DNA of 64,000 nucleotides from Amphiscolops sp. MND2022 (lineage: Eukaryota), in the NCBI GenBank assembly GCA_964187785.1, contig OZ076409.1, positions 22,260,001 to 22,324,000 of the forward strand, given 5' to 3'. The position numbers and the translations under genes are program-made. Under the pieces are notes generated by a model that was not told where the DNA came from, made no database searches, and was given only the letters and a program-made list of their open reading frames with translations. Positions 25,101-40,100 of this stretch are shown in pieces (position 1 is the first letter of the stretch; every line of letters begins with the position of its first letter).

Positions 25101-28100
25101 GTCCGACATTTTAATCCTCAACTATCAACACTTGTAAGTTAGGATCTTGAATGCTATAATGGACACAATTGACAGACCCGAAAACAAAAAAGCGTTAGCG
25201 TGCCACAAATAGTAATATTCAAAATTCACTTCGAAAACTACAAAGTATGTGATTTGAAGCTGCACTTTTGCTAGTAAGTCCGACATTTTAATCCTCAACT
25301 ATCAACACGTGTAAGTTAGGATCTTGAATGCTATAATGGACAATTGACAGACCCGAAAACAAAAACGCGTTAGCGTGCCACAAATAGTAATATTCAAAAT
25401 TCAATTCGAAAACTACAAAGTATGTGATTTGAAGCTGCACTTTTGCTAGTAAGTCCGACATTTTAATCCTCAACTATCAACAGTTGTAAGTTAGGATCTT
25501 GAATGCTATAATGGACACAATTGACAGACCCGGAAACAAACGTCAAGATGTCAAGGTATGGCTAGTCATACAAAAATGGATTGCTTCAAAGGTTCTCAAG
25601 AGAAAACTGTTGATGATAATGCATCATCGCTGAAGGACCAAAGGTTTCTACTGACTTTCGAAGAAACGTCAAAGGTTTCCATTCAAATTCAAAGAACCTT
25701 GTTCTCTTTCGGACATGTTTGTCAAAATTGTTCATTTTTAGCAGTAGCAGATTTTTATGCAAATGACACTCGGGGACTTCTTTGTCAGCTCGGCTATCTT
25801 TTGTTTCCATTCAGATGTGCACAGGGAAGAAATATATTTTCGTCATACGCGTTACTTGTGCTTAGAAGTTTGATTTTACAGCGATGGTTGTTTCTGTTCC
25901 CGTGTGAACCCCTGAACCTCCGTAAAAGAACGCAGATGGTTCACACGTAGTTGAAAATTCCTTGAAAATATGATTATGTCCTTGCTATGGTTGTAGCTGG
26001 GTCCGCATAAATCGTTGAGTTTCGAACATTTGAACCTGTATTCTTTTGTAGGATTTCGTTACTATAACTTCATCACCTTTTTCAAAGGAATATAGTTTCT
26101 GCGCGGGAAAAATATATTTATTGGACGTTCCTTTGGAGGTCTTTCTAAGGTTGTATTGTTCTTACAGGACCTTCAAAGAAATGCATTACATCCATGGACC
26201 TTGAAAGATTTTTCAAGGAATTCCTTCTTGAAAACTTAGGAAAGTAATATAAATTTGAACGAAACTCAAACAAATTTTGGGATCCCAGTATTTGTCCTCC
26301 GAAACCGTAAATGAACCTCGCCAAGGTTTGCCATCATTCCATGTTCATAAAGTATCAAGGATTTTCCACACATTATCACTTATTATTGTTATTATAATCA
26401 TTATTTAACCTGGCCGGGAAACCCGAGAACAAACACTCTTGGCAATTTTTAAAAAGCTCCAGATATTTGTGTACCAGAGTACTCTCAGTAGCTAGTTGTT
26501 TTGTCTTTGAACACTGTGGTTATTCCCACGAAACAAAACTTTTAAATTTGTACCACATGTGCATAAAATTTTCAAATTTGAAAAAATACATATTGAATTT
26601 TTGGATAAATATTTTAAAACAGCGTCAGAATTCACTTGATTGGTAAGTACTGTATAGCTTACTGATTCGTCGTTGAACTCTGAACTCCATAAAATGGCCA
26701 TTGATCGGAAAACATTGGCAGTTTTTAGTCGACGCTCCATGAAGTGAAACGCGACTATTATAGTAACTAACTTTTTGAAATTTTTTTTCAGTCCACGCGA
26801 ACTGACCAATATAGTTCTTAAAAGTTCTACTGAATTTTTGGTTTCAAATTGAATCATTTGGCCTGGCGAACTGAACCAAAAAAGTGTTTTTCTTGTTTTT
26901 CGGCGTAACACATGATACCCGGAGAGACTAAAGGGTCCGTCCCCTTTCAGTTTTTTTTGGCTTTGTGAGACTTTTTTTCGAAACAACAGTCCTCTAAGGG
27001 TCCCCCTTCAATTTTCGGATGTTTTGCGACAAAATAGATGTTGAAAAATCCCACAGGGTCCCCCTTTCAGTTTTTTTGGCATTGTGAGACTTTTTTTCAC
27101 AAAACAATTTTTCATCAAAGGGTCCTTCAATTTTTTGATGTTTTGCAACGATTGATGATAAAAAATGCGAAAGGGTCCCCCTTCAATTTTTGGCTCTTTT
27201 CTGTTCCGTCCCACCACCATTTTTTTTGGAAAATTAGTGAAAATCTGATAACAAATAGACTTGAATACAAACCAGAAAGCTTCAATTTTAGGTTTATTGT
27301 CAGGGTGATAGTTTAGGATTCAGATGCAAACTTTATTCACACTTTTTCCCTATGTAGTCACGCATTTTTGAAGAAATCAACAGCTTCCTGTTTTGAGTCA
27401 TCAATAAACACTTGATACGAACATAATTATAGTCAAAATGTGTGAACAATGTTTTGTTCAAGCAAATCAAGTGCTCTGATAACTGACGGTAACTTCCTGT
27501 TATGAAAGAAGGTTTTACTTTTAATTAGGTTAGTCTAAAGTCTAAAGTTCTTAAAGAAGTTTACTTTAAAAAATTTTGGTGGTGGGGGGGGGGTGTTTGC
27601 AACAGAAAAGAGCCCAATATTTTGATGTTTTGCAACAATCCTTTGATACTTTGAAGTCATTTTGCTATTTTTGAGCGTTAAATAATGGCGCCGTCTTGGG
27701 CCGGTCCCGGCTTGTTTGGCTATTTTGGATGCAAGTTTTGTGCGTTTTGGGGCACTTTTCATTCCGAACGTTCATTGAAACGACAAGTTGATTCATTTCT
27801 ACGAAGACGTCTGCTACGGACCTATTCTCTTTCTTGGCACTTGAATTCGATGAACACCTTTCTTTTGGAAACAGAAGGACCAGAAACAAAAAAAACGGCC
27901 ACTCGTCTTTTTACGTTTCATTGTTCCTTTTTATCATGAAATTGCCGGTTTCGATGAAAGGATAACAGAGCGTTAATAACGCCGATCCATGGTGCTGTGC
28001 AAAACCTCACAATATTATTTTCCACCCCCACATTTTATTGAGAGGAAAATCATCATCTATGTAGCGTTTTATTCTGCCTAGTTTCCGCTTTATTATATGG

Positions 28101-31100
28101 GTATTTTACTCACCGTGACCCAGTTGGTAGTGTGTCCGCCTTGCAGACAGGAAGTTGTGGGTTCGAACCACGTGGGTTCGAAGTCGGGCTGGAGCATGAA
28201 AGTTTTGCAGCGGAAAATATCTCTGTGCTTAGCGGGCGTCTTGTTTTTAGTTCCATGGATTATCATTTCATAACTTTCGAATTTTTTTTTATTGTGGAGA
28301 CGGTTAGAATGAGAAATAATCAATGTGAATGCAATAATAAGTGTAATTTGACCGACTGAATGTAGTTTGGCCAGATTTTCAGTGACATCAAATAGAGCTG
28401 AATTCCAAAGAGGAAACATTTTTAGGAGTCGGAAAAAATTTTCGACTACTTATGCAATCGTGCTGTTTTTTTTTGTTTTTTTTCTCCCGACCTTTTCATG
28501 AAAATTTCAAATTTCTCAAAAACTGTCCATACGATTTTCACGAAATTTTGCACAGTCATTCAACACCCAATAGGGCCCCTGCGTGTGCAAAGGCATCAAA
28601 ATCGTATGGCTGGGATGTGAGAAACAGCCAAAATTAGCCCAAAAATGGCCAAAAAACAGCCATTTTTCGACTTTTTTCGATTTTCCCAAAAACTGTCCAT
28701 ACGATTCGAACAAAAGTTTCTACAGTCATTCTACACCATATTAGAGTCCTATATGTGCAATGGCATCAAAATCGTTTGGCTGGGATGTGAGAAACATAGC
28801 CAAAATTAGCCCAAAAATGGCCAAAAAACAGCAATTTTTCGACTTTTCTCGATTTTCTCAAAAACTCCATGCGATTCGAACGAAATTTTCTACAGTTATT
28901 CTACACCATATTAGAGAACTATATGTGCAATGGCATCAAAATCGTATGGCTGGGATGTGAAAAACATAGCCAAAATTAGCCCAAAAATGGTCAAAATAGG
29001 GCCATTTTTCGACTTCAGAAGGAAAAAGACCTAAGCCGACTCCTTTACCGCACATGCGGCTCTGGTTCTTGTTCCTAACCCTAGTTGGAAAAATTCACAT
29101 CTTGTGCAAAATTCGTACAAAACCTCTTGTAAGAAAATGCATAAATCTTACAAAAATCTTACAAAAACTTGCATTCTTCCACTAGAGGAAATACTGAAAA
29201 AAGTTGTTGCTAGCCTATTAATCAGAAAATTTTCTGCGAGCGATTATCAATTCCATTCCCATATTCTCAACCTTAGCCTTTCCCAACAAAAGGATCCAAC
29301 CTCTCTCTGAAAACAGTGATTTCAGACGTTATTCCAGTGAAATACGATGTTTTTAGCTCCTATTCCACCAAAATACGGTGATTTTAGAGGTTATTCCACA
29401 AAAATACAGTGATCTTACACGTTATTCCAAAAAAAATGATTTCAGGCGTTATTCCTCAAAGATAGTGAATTTAGACGTTATTCTATCAAAAAACAATGAT
29501 TTTAGACGTTATTCCAGTGAGATACGGTGTTTTTAGATCTTATTCTACCAAAACAGTGATTTTAGACGTTATTCCACAAAAATACAGTGATTTTAGACGT
29601 TATTCCCAAAAAAGTGTTTTTTGGCGTTATTCCTCAAAAATAGTGAATTTAGACGTTTTTAGTCGGCGTTTTTCTAGGGAAAAGTGCCCGACACTTACAG
29701 TGGCTAGTTTTTTTCCTTTTTTCGTCAGACTAAAATCTCACTCTGATTGGGCCACTTTTCTTACAATCGAAACTACTAAAACTACTACCATAAGGCCAAA
29801 TCCGGTCAGCGGAAATTAGTGCAAAAGGATCCCCCTTTCATTTTTTACTATTTTAACGTAACCTACAAAACCGGACGAGACTAAAGGGTCCCCCCTTTCG
29901 ATTTTTTTTTCGGCATTGTGCGACTTTTCCGAAATTTTTCATGTCCGAAAAGGGGGGCCCCTTCGAGTTTTTTGATATTTTGCAACTGAATGATTGTTAA
30001 TAAATCTGAAAGGGCCCCCCTTGTACATTTTTCGACACTATGCGACATTTTCTGAAAGAAAAAAATTCAAAAATTTCAAGTTTTTTTTCAAACAAAGTCT
30101 TTCGCGCTTTTTGAGCCTTAGATATAGCGCCGACTTTAGACGTTCCCGTCTTGTTTCACCAAAATACGATGATTTTGGATCTTATTCCAACAAAAAATTT
30201 AATCTAGACCATTTCAATCTAAAATTTATGACACTCTTCCAAAATTGGACCATTTCCATCTAAAATTTACGGTATTATTCCAAATTTGGACCATTTTCAT
30301 CTGAATATTATGACAATCTAACCCAAAATCTAAACCCAAAATCCTACCAACAAGCGGCTTCAGTAAACGCGATGCCGGAAAGCGTCCTTGATGGTACCCG
30401 GGTCATCAAGGTAACCCTGTTATAGATAGACTTTTAATTCAGATGTTATTCGAAAAAGACACAAAATGGGTCCAGAAAATCTTGAACGAATTTTTGGTCG
30501 AAATAACTTATCGCATTTTTTGTAAGAATTTCTTACAAATAGATGCAAATTTTGCAAAAATGTTATCAGACTCTTGTAAGAAATGTTCAACACTGTAACA
30601 AACTTGCAAAATTTGCGATTTTCATTCAAACTCGTAAAATTGTGAGAAATGCATAATTGGTAAAAATTTAGGACAAATTTTGCAAAATTTGTGATTCTGA
30701 AAAACTAGGGAATGGAAAATTCGTTCTGAAAATTCATTTGGAAATTGTAATTTTGAACAATCCAAGCCACTTTTTTTCTAATCATGAAAAAGTGTTCAGA
30801 CACATTGTAACTTCAAAATATGAGATCCTTGAAAGTTTTGAATTGCATCTTAATATAATATGAACTCAATTAACTGATTACAAGCTGGCAGAGCTTGCTC
30901 AACACGTTTAAAATTATCTAAACCGAAAAGAAAAATAATCGGTTGAACGGTTAACCGAAGACACCTAAAAATTAAAATCTCAAAAAGTTCCGATAAAAAC
31001 AAGGATGAAAAATTCATTGAAGTCAAATTTAATTCAGTAGTGTCAAAAATAAACGGCGTCTGATCCTCACAGGCTGAAGCCCCTTAATCTATAAAGATTT

Positions 31101-34100
31101 CTGAAAAGTCGATATTTTTAACGTACCATCCCAATCCATTATTTTAGTTGTACAACCTTCTTTGCATGATTAGTAGCTTCCGGTTAATGATTTGTCCGTA
31201 ACCTATAGGGTAGTTTCTCCGGCTAATTTGTTGAATCAAACACGTTGTATTCTAGTTATCAGTCATTTGTTGGTAAACACTTCCACTTCGTGCTTTCATC
31301 AGCATCCTCGGATCGTTTTTGTTGCACAATATTTTCATGACAAAAGAGCGTATTCCACAAAATTGTCATTTTGAGCATGTGCAACGACATCGATCAACAA
31401 CTTTTTCGAGAATTGTACCAGACTCTACTGCACGCTTCAAGGCATTTAGCGGCATATGATGCAATCCACTTTCAAGTACCTAAAACATGGCGCAAATTAA
31501 AACAATTGCGTGGTGGAAACAGTTGCATGCAATGGTGAGCGCAAACGTGGAATGCAATAAGTAGTTTCAAAGGAAGGATCCTATGCAATTCTAAACCAGG
31601 CCAATTTTTGGCTGCTTTTTGAGACAGTACTACTGTCTCGTTGCATTTCGTTGCAGTAGTACATTTCGTTGCTGCTACAATAGCGTAAGAAAAGAACTGA
31701 AACTTTATCTGTATGAAATAACTTGGACTAGCATTTTACATGGTAATTTCTTTAATCTTTATGTTGCTCATAAATTCAGGGAACTGGAAAGAAAAATTGA
31801 ATGTTTAAGATTCGGTTTATTTCTTACACTATTGTTGTTCAGTACATGCGCAGCATATGTTGGCAGACAAAATTAATTTCTGCGTAGTCCACTGAAAATC
31901 AGTCATAGACATGTTTACAATGTTAGCTAGTGAATTTCACTGACTTGGTAACACGAAGAAATGTTGAACCTCAAATCACGCATTCTGTGGGAGTATATAC
32001 GAAATCCCGATAAGGAACAGAAAAATTCTCAAGATCAAAAAATCTATATTAAAAAAACATATCAGTCAATATTCGATACCAACTAAAACAAGAAAATTAT
32101 GTATTAAAAGCGATTTTCAATGATTTTTTATTGCTTTCAATACATAATTTTTTCGTCTTTGTCTGTATCGAATATTCATGATTTTTTTAAATCTTGTTCT
32201 GTTTCGGATCGGGATTTCGTATACTACTTGTTGGTGACTAATAATTTCATGAATATTCTATTGATTATAACTACAAACAAGCCGGGAACGGCCCAAGTCG
32301 GCGCCATATCTAAGGCTCAAAAAAACTCGAAAACCACTTTTTCTACAACTGGAGACAACAAAAGCTCTCAAAAAACTAAAAATTGAGAAGAAAAAATTTC
32401 CGAATTTTTTTTGAATTTTTTTTCGAAGTTTCCGCTAAGTCGCATAGTGCCTAAAAATGTAAAAGGGGGGACGCTTTTTATCTCATGTTAGACGCTTTGA
32501 ATGCGTTGAAAATGAAGTACTAAGTACATATGGTAAAAGTTGGTAAATGTGCATTAATTGCATTAATGCACAAAAAGTGGACGTTACGCGTTGAACTGAC
32601 GAAAAAAACTAGCCACTGTAAGAGTCGGGATTTTCTTCGAAAACGCTGACTAAAAAAAGGCCACTTTCGAAATAATATGCCATGTACGTTTTTTCAACTG
32701 TAAAAGCAGTTAATGACGGAATCGGAAATTTTGAAGTGCTTGTGCGGTTTTTGTGACACTTTTTTTGCTTTTGTGTGTGTGTAGATGGGGCTCTTGTGGT
32801 TGGCAACAACGATGAAACGAAGAAACACTTCCACGCCAAGTGTTTGGTGTGCGGCCATTGCGGGGCCAATATGTCCAAGGGCGAGGATCTCGTCTACTTG
32901 AACGGCGTGCTCACCTGTGCCAAGTGCAGGAAGGAACAGAGCATCACGTGTCACAAATGCAAAGAAGTAAGCGTTTTCCCAGGTTAAGCATCATGGCTAA
33001 TTTATGGATATTCATCCATGATTCATCCATGATTCATCCATGATTGATTGGATCGCCATGCCATGAATCATTCCATGATCTTGGAAAGATATCCATGATT
33101 CATGGATGATTCGTGGATGGAAACCCTTGAATCATGGATGAAAATCCACGACGCCAAGGATGATCATCGATGCAAATTAATAAGAAGGTCCAGTTTTTGA
33201 ACTGGCCGTTAAAATGGATACACTAGATTCGATGAATTATGGAAAGAATCATACCGAAAAATCTAGTTTCTGGATTGATAAATTACCAAAATACCCTCAA
33301 AAATGATCAAAACACCTAAGTGCGCAAATTAAGAGGATATCATGGGATTTGACATCTATCAAAACAAACAAATCAAAAGTTTTTGATTGGGAAGTTAACA
33401 AAAATGCCCTGCAAAAATTGAAAATCCTACATATCTTGCGGCCTGAAATCCTACCTATCCTACTTTATCATAAAGGTAAACCTGAAATTCCAATAATAGC
33501 AAAAACGACAATAAACAACAAAAAACCTCCATTTTATAGGAAGAGACACGCACAGAAAATTTTGCCTACTTTGAACGAATTTTTCATCATGTTAAATCAT
33601 AGATGAATCATGGATGACAATGGATGAAAATCCATGAAGCGTCACTGTCCCATGAATCATAGATGTTTTTCCATGAATAAGTGTGTAATGTGTTGCAAGA
33701 TCCATGATCATGGATGAATATCGATGAAATAGCAATGACGGTCAACAAGGGTTTATAACTCCTGAGTATGTATGGGAATTTACACTGTGTACTCAAGTCA
33801 ACGAGGCTTGTCATTTGTTTTTTTTTAGTTGCTAAAAATTAGTGATTTTTAAAACAATATGGCGCCCAATGCGAGAATTTTTTGAATAAACTTTGGAATA
33901 GTTCAAATTAAAACAAATATTTTGCTTGCTGGAGTTTGATTGCATGCTGAATCACTTTCAAATAGTGTCAGGACATTTCGTCGTATGATATTTCAACCTA
34001 AGAAATTTTAACCTAAGAATTTTCAGTTTATGCAATTTCAACCACTGCGATCCAACCATTAAAAATTACAACCTATTTCATTTTCAGTTGCAGGACTTTT

Positions 34101-37100
34101 CCTACAACACCATTTATTACTTCGACATTCGCTACTAAGACATTCACTATTAGGACATCTGCTACTATGGTCTATTTGCTATTCGCACTGAGCTACTATA
34201 TTTACCTATCGGATATAAGCTATTACCTTTCGACCGATTAGTCAAACTTATGATTTTGAGTCAAAATCCACAAGCAATCCGCGTTTCAGTGCTCAACTAA
34301 CCGATAATTTTGACCAATATTGTGGCAAGTTCCAGCAAACTTGATTTTCATCATTTATTAGTCTCCTTGCTTTTTCTGTAGTAGCGCCCAAATGGTGGCA
34401 AATGGAATAGTAGCTGTTTGCCCGTTGTAGCAAATGTCTTAGTAGCAATTTAAATGTAGTAGCAATTGTCATAGTTTAAAACGGCCTAGTAAAAAATGTC
34501 CTAGTAGCAAACAGCCCAATAGCAAAAGTCCCAGCCACCGCATTTTAAGCTTTCTGCAATTCCAACCTAAGCTGAGTTTTGCCTCTTGGAGCCTAATTAA
34601 TCATGCAATAATTCTAAATTGTTTCAATTTTCATGCATTTTTGAATTCAAAAGAGCTAGTTTTACGTCTATTGTGATACGTTTTGGTACGTTATGATCTT
34701 CTCATATACGGTCTCCATTTACACTTATGGTGTCATCTAAGACACGATTTTGATGCAAACTAGTTGTATTGGTGTTCTAAGTTATTTTGTTTCTGATGGG
34801 CTGAAAGGATTATGCTGTATTCCGTTTTCTTGATTATCGGCATCAATTAAAACTGCTTCTCTGCCTCTAATTGAACTAACATTATAAAAAAATGGTCTCA
34901 ATCAAAGTTTCATTACCTTGTGACGTCTCTGCTTCTGAAGCACATCTTTCCCTCTCAAGTGAAGGCGACTGTCCTCGTCTAGATCTTCTGTTCCTTTTGT
35001 TTCTCATCTCAGTTCGCTCAAAAAGGTGTTTCGTTGAAGAGAAGAAATAAAATTAGGTTGGAAAATCAAAAAATACGAAAACAGAAACAAAGTCGAAGAA
35101 TTTGTTCTTATCAGATTAGCAAAATAAAGTAGAAATTAGAACAAGATGAACTGCAGTTTATCATCTTCAGGGGGATAAGACATGTATGTCTGGTATTTCC
35201 AGTTCCTTTTCTGAGGAATTAATTTATATGGTTTTTTTCTCTAACTCTCCTTTTGTTGGGGGTTAATTTTAGCTACATGACAGTCGTGTTTTAGGTAATC
35301 ACCATTCCGTCACCGTTATACCATCTTCAGAAATAACGCACCGTTATTCCATCAGTTAAATAAAAACATGACGTAATATCTATAAATAGAATCGTACGTG
35401 ACGTATCACATTGCTTTCTGATTGGCTTCTGTATATATCATACTTCTTGTGATACACATCGATGAAAGCATTTGGATATACAGTATAAGTCGTTTCCTTG
35501 CACTATACTGAAAAGATACGAAGGATAATGATTGCGTCATACGGCTAAAAGTATTATTTGACAAGGAATGAAATTGTACTGCAGTCTGCCGCGAACTCAG
35601 TACTGCAATTGAGTTAATTTGTTAACTTCCACATGTATTAGTGCTGCATGAAAATTGCGTATAATACATTCATTTCTCAACTGACTGCACAAAGTGGTAC
35701 TACGCAACAGATAAACAAACAACTTGCACTATACGTTCATTCCTTTGTAAGTAAATCAACATCATTCATTAAATTTGTTTGACACTAATAGTAAACAATT
35801 TTCGCCATTGCTTTTACCAAGTTCGTTCAAATCGTTTGCATCGAAGCCCTGATACAAAACTATAACGTATGGCAGTGCTTGGTTGTGAACTTGAGAATAC
35901 TTCGCCATTCTATTTTTTTGTTCTGAAGGAAATTGCTCGGACAATATTCACCTGGATTTTGACTTTCAAAAAAATGTTGACACGAGTTTACTTTCCTGCT
36001 TCCAAACTGATATTCACACTGTTAGCAGCTGGACTGTTGTTTTTATTTTCCGCCCTCACAATTTTTTGTGTAGGGAGAGGAAAATCATGATCTGTGTTTC
36101 GTTTTTTTTTCACAAATTCTGCTAAATGTCCATTTTATACTTGCTCCACTTACTCAGCGTCCCTACTCAGAGTCTTCAGTAGTTAATACTCACATGCATG
36201 TAGTTACTTACTCACATGTAGTTATTTACTCCCAATTCTCCCAGCACGCTATATGCGACTTTTTGACGTTTTATCCGAAGTAAATTGGTTTTACTAAGGA
36301 GGACGCAGAGTTTAACAATTATTGCGCTGTATTCAAATTTTGACGTTATATCCGAAGTAATTGGGTTTTACCAAGGAGGAGGTTAATTTTTGATTAAGCG
36401 TGGTCTATAAGTAGCCAATTGAAGGCGGAAAATATCCCGGTGCATAGCGAGCGTCTTGTTCACTATGCTCAGTTTATTTCCAGGAAATTTCAAGTTTGGG
36501 AATCGTGTTCTAATATGACACCAGTCCCCCAGAAACAGAAAAATCGTCAAAGTTTTTGCTTTGTCTTGCTTGCCACCCAATACAGTAGCTCCGCTGTTTC
36601 AGTTTTCGCACCATTCCAGACTTTTGACGTCTCTTGCTGATTAACCCTCAGATCGAACAATTTTTCGACTTTGTTGAATGGCTGCCGCTAAATGGCAATG
36701 ATAACGGTTCTTGGGGAAAAACTCGGACAACTGATATTTTGATTTACAATTGGAATTGAGTTTCAACTGGAAACACCAATTGGGAAAAAACAGCAAATAC
36801 TTTTGGAAGGGGGCTTTAATTCAAGCTTTTAAAACTCGAGAAGCAAATCAAATAATGAAATTTTGAAAAGTTGAGCAAGATGAAACATCACAGCTAGAAT
36901 GCCGAAAATTGCAGGATTTCAACCAAAAAACCAGAGGTTGATGGATGCTTTAGATTGTCTATACATTAGTCTCACTTTACATTAATTTATATTGGTATAA
37001 GTACTTTTTCCAGTTTTTCTGAGTATATTTTACTTGTTGATGCATTTCATTGTTTTACGTTTGAGAATTTTTCGTTTTAATGTTTTTTTTTCAATACTCA

Positions 37101-40100
37101 GTCGTAGCATTTTATTTAATTCATATTTTATTGTAGTTAGAATCTAGTATTTCTGTGAAATTCAATTTTTCGTCTTCAAATTATATCGTCCTAAAGCTCG
37201 TTCGGCTATACAACCTACCTCCGTCCGATTCATTTCTGTGTTGTAATGAAATGTTATTTCAGTTGAAATTGCATAGGTTGAAATGACAGAAATTAAAATC
37301 TCTTTTAGAGAACTTGCTGATTAGGTGCGTCACAAAGTAATATTTATGATTCCATGCATGTCCTTGTATGGAAGCAACATTAAACGTTCGTACGGGACCA
37401 AGTGTTCTAGAATTCTATAGAAGCATCGGAACGTAACAAGTTTTTCAAGATATGTGATTGCGTCAGGTGAACATGCGAACACGGCATTTCCTGAATGAAA
37501 CATTCTATGATAACACGTTTTTGAAAATCAGCAGAAGCTATAATTTTGCAGGTTTGAACATTGTTTCGTTTCCTACATCAGGATTTTTTACGCTTGTTCC
37601 TTTTTAAACCATCTATAGAGCACTAAAAACAAGATTGTTGTTCAACTTATTTAGTTTAGACTATCATGGGTGGCTACAACTCAATCAAGGAAGACTCTGT
37701 TGATTCGGGAAAACTGTTTTTCCACGATAAATGTTTCATCTGCATCTTCTGTGGCCAAAACTTGAACGATGTCGACATAGGGGGCAAGACAGACGACAAG
37801 GACGTGTACTGCAAACCATGCTATCTCGAGAAGTATTGCGAAAAGTGCACCCGTTGTTCAGCTGCTCTTATCGGTAAGTTGATGTCACATTGCAGTGAAG
37901 TACCAAGAAACAAGCAGAAAATAGAAAACAAAAAGGCAACAAGGATAGCATTTTTTCATCTTATCATAATTTGTCCGTTGGGATATGAACTCAAGAATTC
38001 GGCCTTTGATTGATTGGTACATGATCGCTTCTATGCTTCTCTAGAGAGTGATTATCCAAGCACTCTACTTATTGATCCAATGACTCATATTGGGTCATCG
38101 ATGCTTCGAACTCGTTCTTGCATTCCAAGTCACACAAATTTGGAATTCAAAATATGCTTTTACCTTGTCAAACCAAGCCCACTAAAGGTCAATAAAGATC
38201 ATGTTGCCATGGGTACTGCAGCCGAAAGAAGGAGCGGATAATTTGGTAATAACACTGACGTAAAAACTCCTGTTTAAAGTTATACTAGCTTAGTATTTCG
38301 TTATAACTGAATATGGTCGCAGGCAGCAACACCCAGTACTCTAAAATTTTTACCCAAAATTACAACATCCGTAAAATTGTCAATTCGAGGTATCTCATCG
38401 ACCAAGTCACAATTTTAAGCAACCTTTTTCGGAAAGTGGTAACTAAAATAAAAGATTGAAAAAATCTTGAGTCAAATTAATTCATCTCAGTCTAAGTAGT
38501 CAAACTGCGCAAAATTTGACCAAATGAGGAAAAAGTAAACAAGGTTGACAGAATCAAGTTGTTTTCACACTGAGCAAAATTCTAACTTTGATACCTGCAA
38601 AACCCGCCTTGCATCAATTCCAATTAATTGGGATTGAAAGATAAGGGCGTGCAAATGAACAAGCAGTTCGAATAATTTTCAAATGATTGACCGTTATCAA
38701 AGTTGGGTTCCGAAAAAAGCACAAGTAAGACGAGGCAAGCGCTACAAATCTAGATCTATTTTGGTCAATGCAGCCGCACTGCAAGTTTTTCTCTAATGGG
38801 CCTTTGAATGTAAACCAAGAAAATCTGTATGTTGAATGGTGGCAAGAGAACTTGATTTTATCCGTTACAATCTACAAAATATTCACCCTGGAAAAAACTG
38901 GATTGTTAGATACATATAACAATGTTTAAATATATCTAACAAACCAGTTTTTTGTTAGTAGTACGTACCTCTTTTAGAAGTACGTACCTCTAAAAATTAC
39001 TTAATTAGTTTACTAATTAGTTAGTGTACACTAATAACTTTTTGATGTTGCTAACAACCAATCAGCGACAAGGCATATAGAATCAGGGACCGAATCAAAT
39101 CAGGCATCGCATCATGCAACGTTGCATATTCGCAATGGTTTTAGAGTAACACGATTCTGTATCAAGAGAAATGTATCGGTATACAATAATTTATTTACAG
39201 TTGCTTATTTACAATTTAAGCTTTAGATAACCGTCACGATCATGTTACAATGTTCATATGCTTTGCATAATACAATTTCTTACCAAAAAGTATTAGAAAA
39301 CACAAACATTTGTTCTTCAGAAAGTCTCCCAGTCAAACCTTTCACCGATAATCCTAAAAAACGTGTTGAGGTCCTGGGAAAAGTTTATCCTTAGGATTCT
39401 TTTGCCCTCTTCTGAGACCTCTTGGGGATAAGATGCATGACCCCTATTTGAGGGGAAACAGAAATCAGCGGGTCTGTAACAGTAGTAACCTTTGTCGTCA
39501 TTCAATACGAAGTCTTCTGCTTTCAATTTATGGGGCAAATTCAGAAAAGATTCCACCTTGGATATTGTGTAAGTGGGGTTTCTGGTCACCATTTTCTCAC
39601 CATCCAAAACTAAAAACTGCTCTCTGGGAAAGAACTGCAACCAGTGTTGGAAGTGTTTTCCGTACATGGACCAGTCTACGAAGGTATTGTCGTTTTTTAG
39701 CAAAATGTCTGTCAAATTGTTCACTTGCAATCGGCCATGGCGTTCTGAATGATAAACGTTCGAGATAGATCTACGCAACGGCTCTCTCACAATCAGAATA
39801 AATTTCAGCTTCTTGCCCAAGAATTTTTGGTAATCCAGAATGCGTTGCGGAGATGCGGGATCTGTGAAATAATTTGGGGTTTTTTCAATAGTTATTTGGT
39901 CTTCATACGAGGCAGGCATTCCTTTGAGGTACGCCCAGTATATTGGCTTGTAATCTGCCGCGTTGAAAAAATGCTGTTCTTTCAAGCAAGCAGCGACGTT
40001 GGGATGGTAAGAAATGAACTTCATAAGCGCCGTGGTTCCACATTTTTGAGACCCTACCACGATGACAGTGGGGTAATGGCTCATTTTAGCCCTGGGCGTG

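Noticed and set aside
23009..25473. Repeated 61-aa ORFs
   Set aside because: An artefact of the 175-bp satellite; non-ATG starts and no domain.
28108..28195. tRNA gene
   Set aside because: A/B-box-like motifs are present, but the T-loop is duplicated and I could not build a convincing acceptor stem; it lies inside a repeat.
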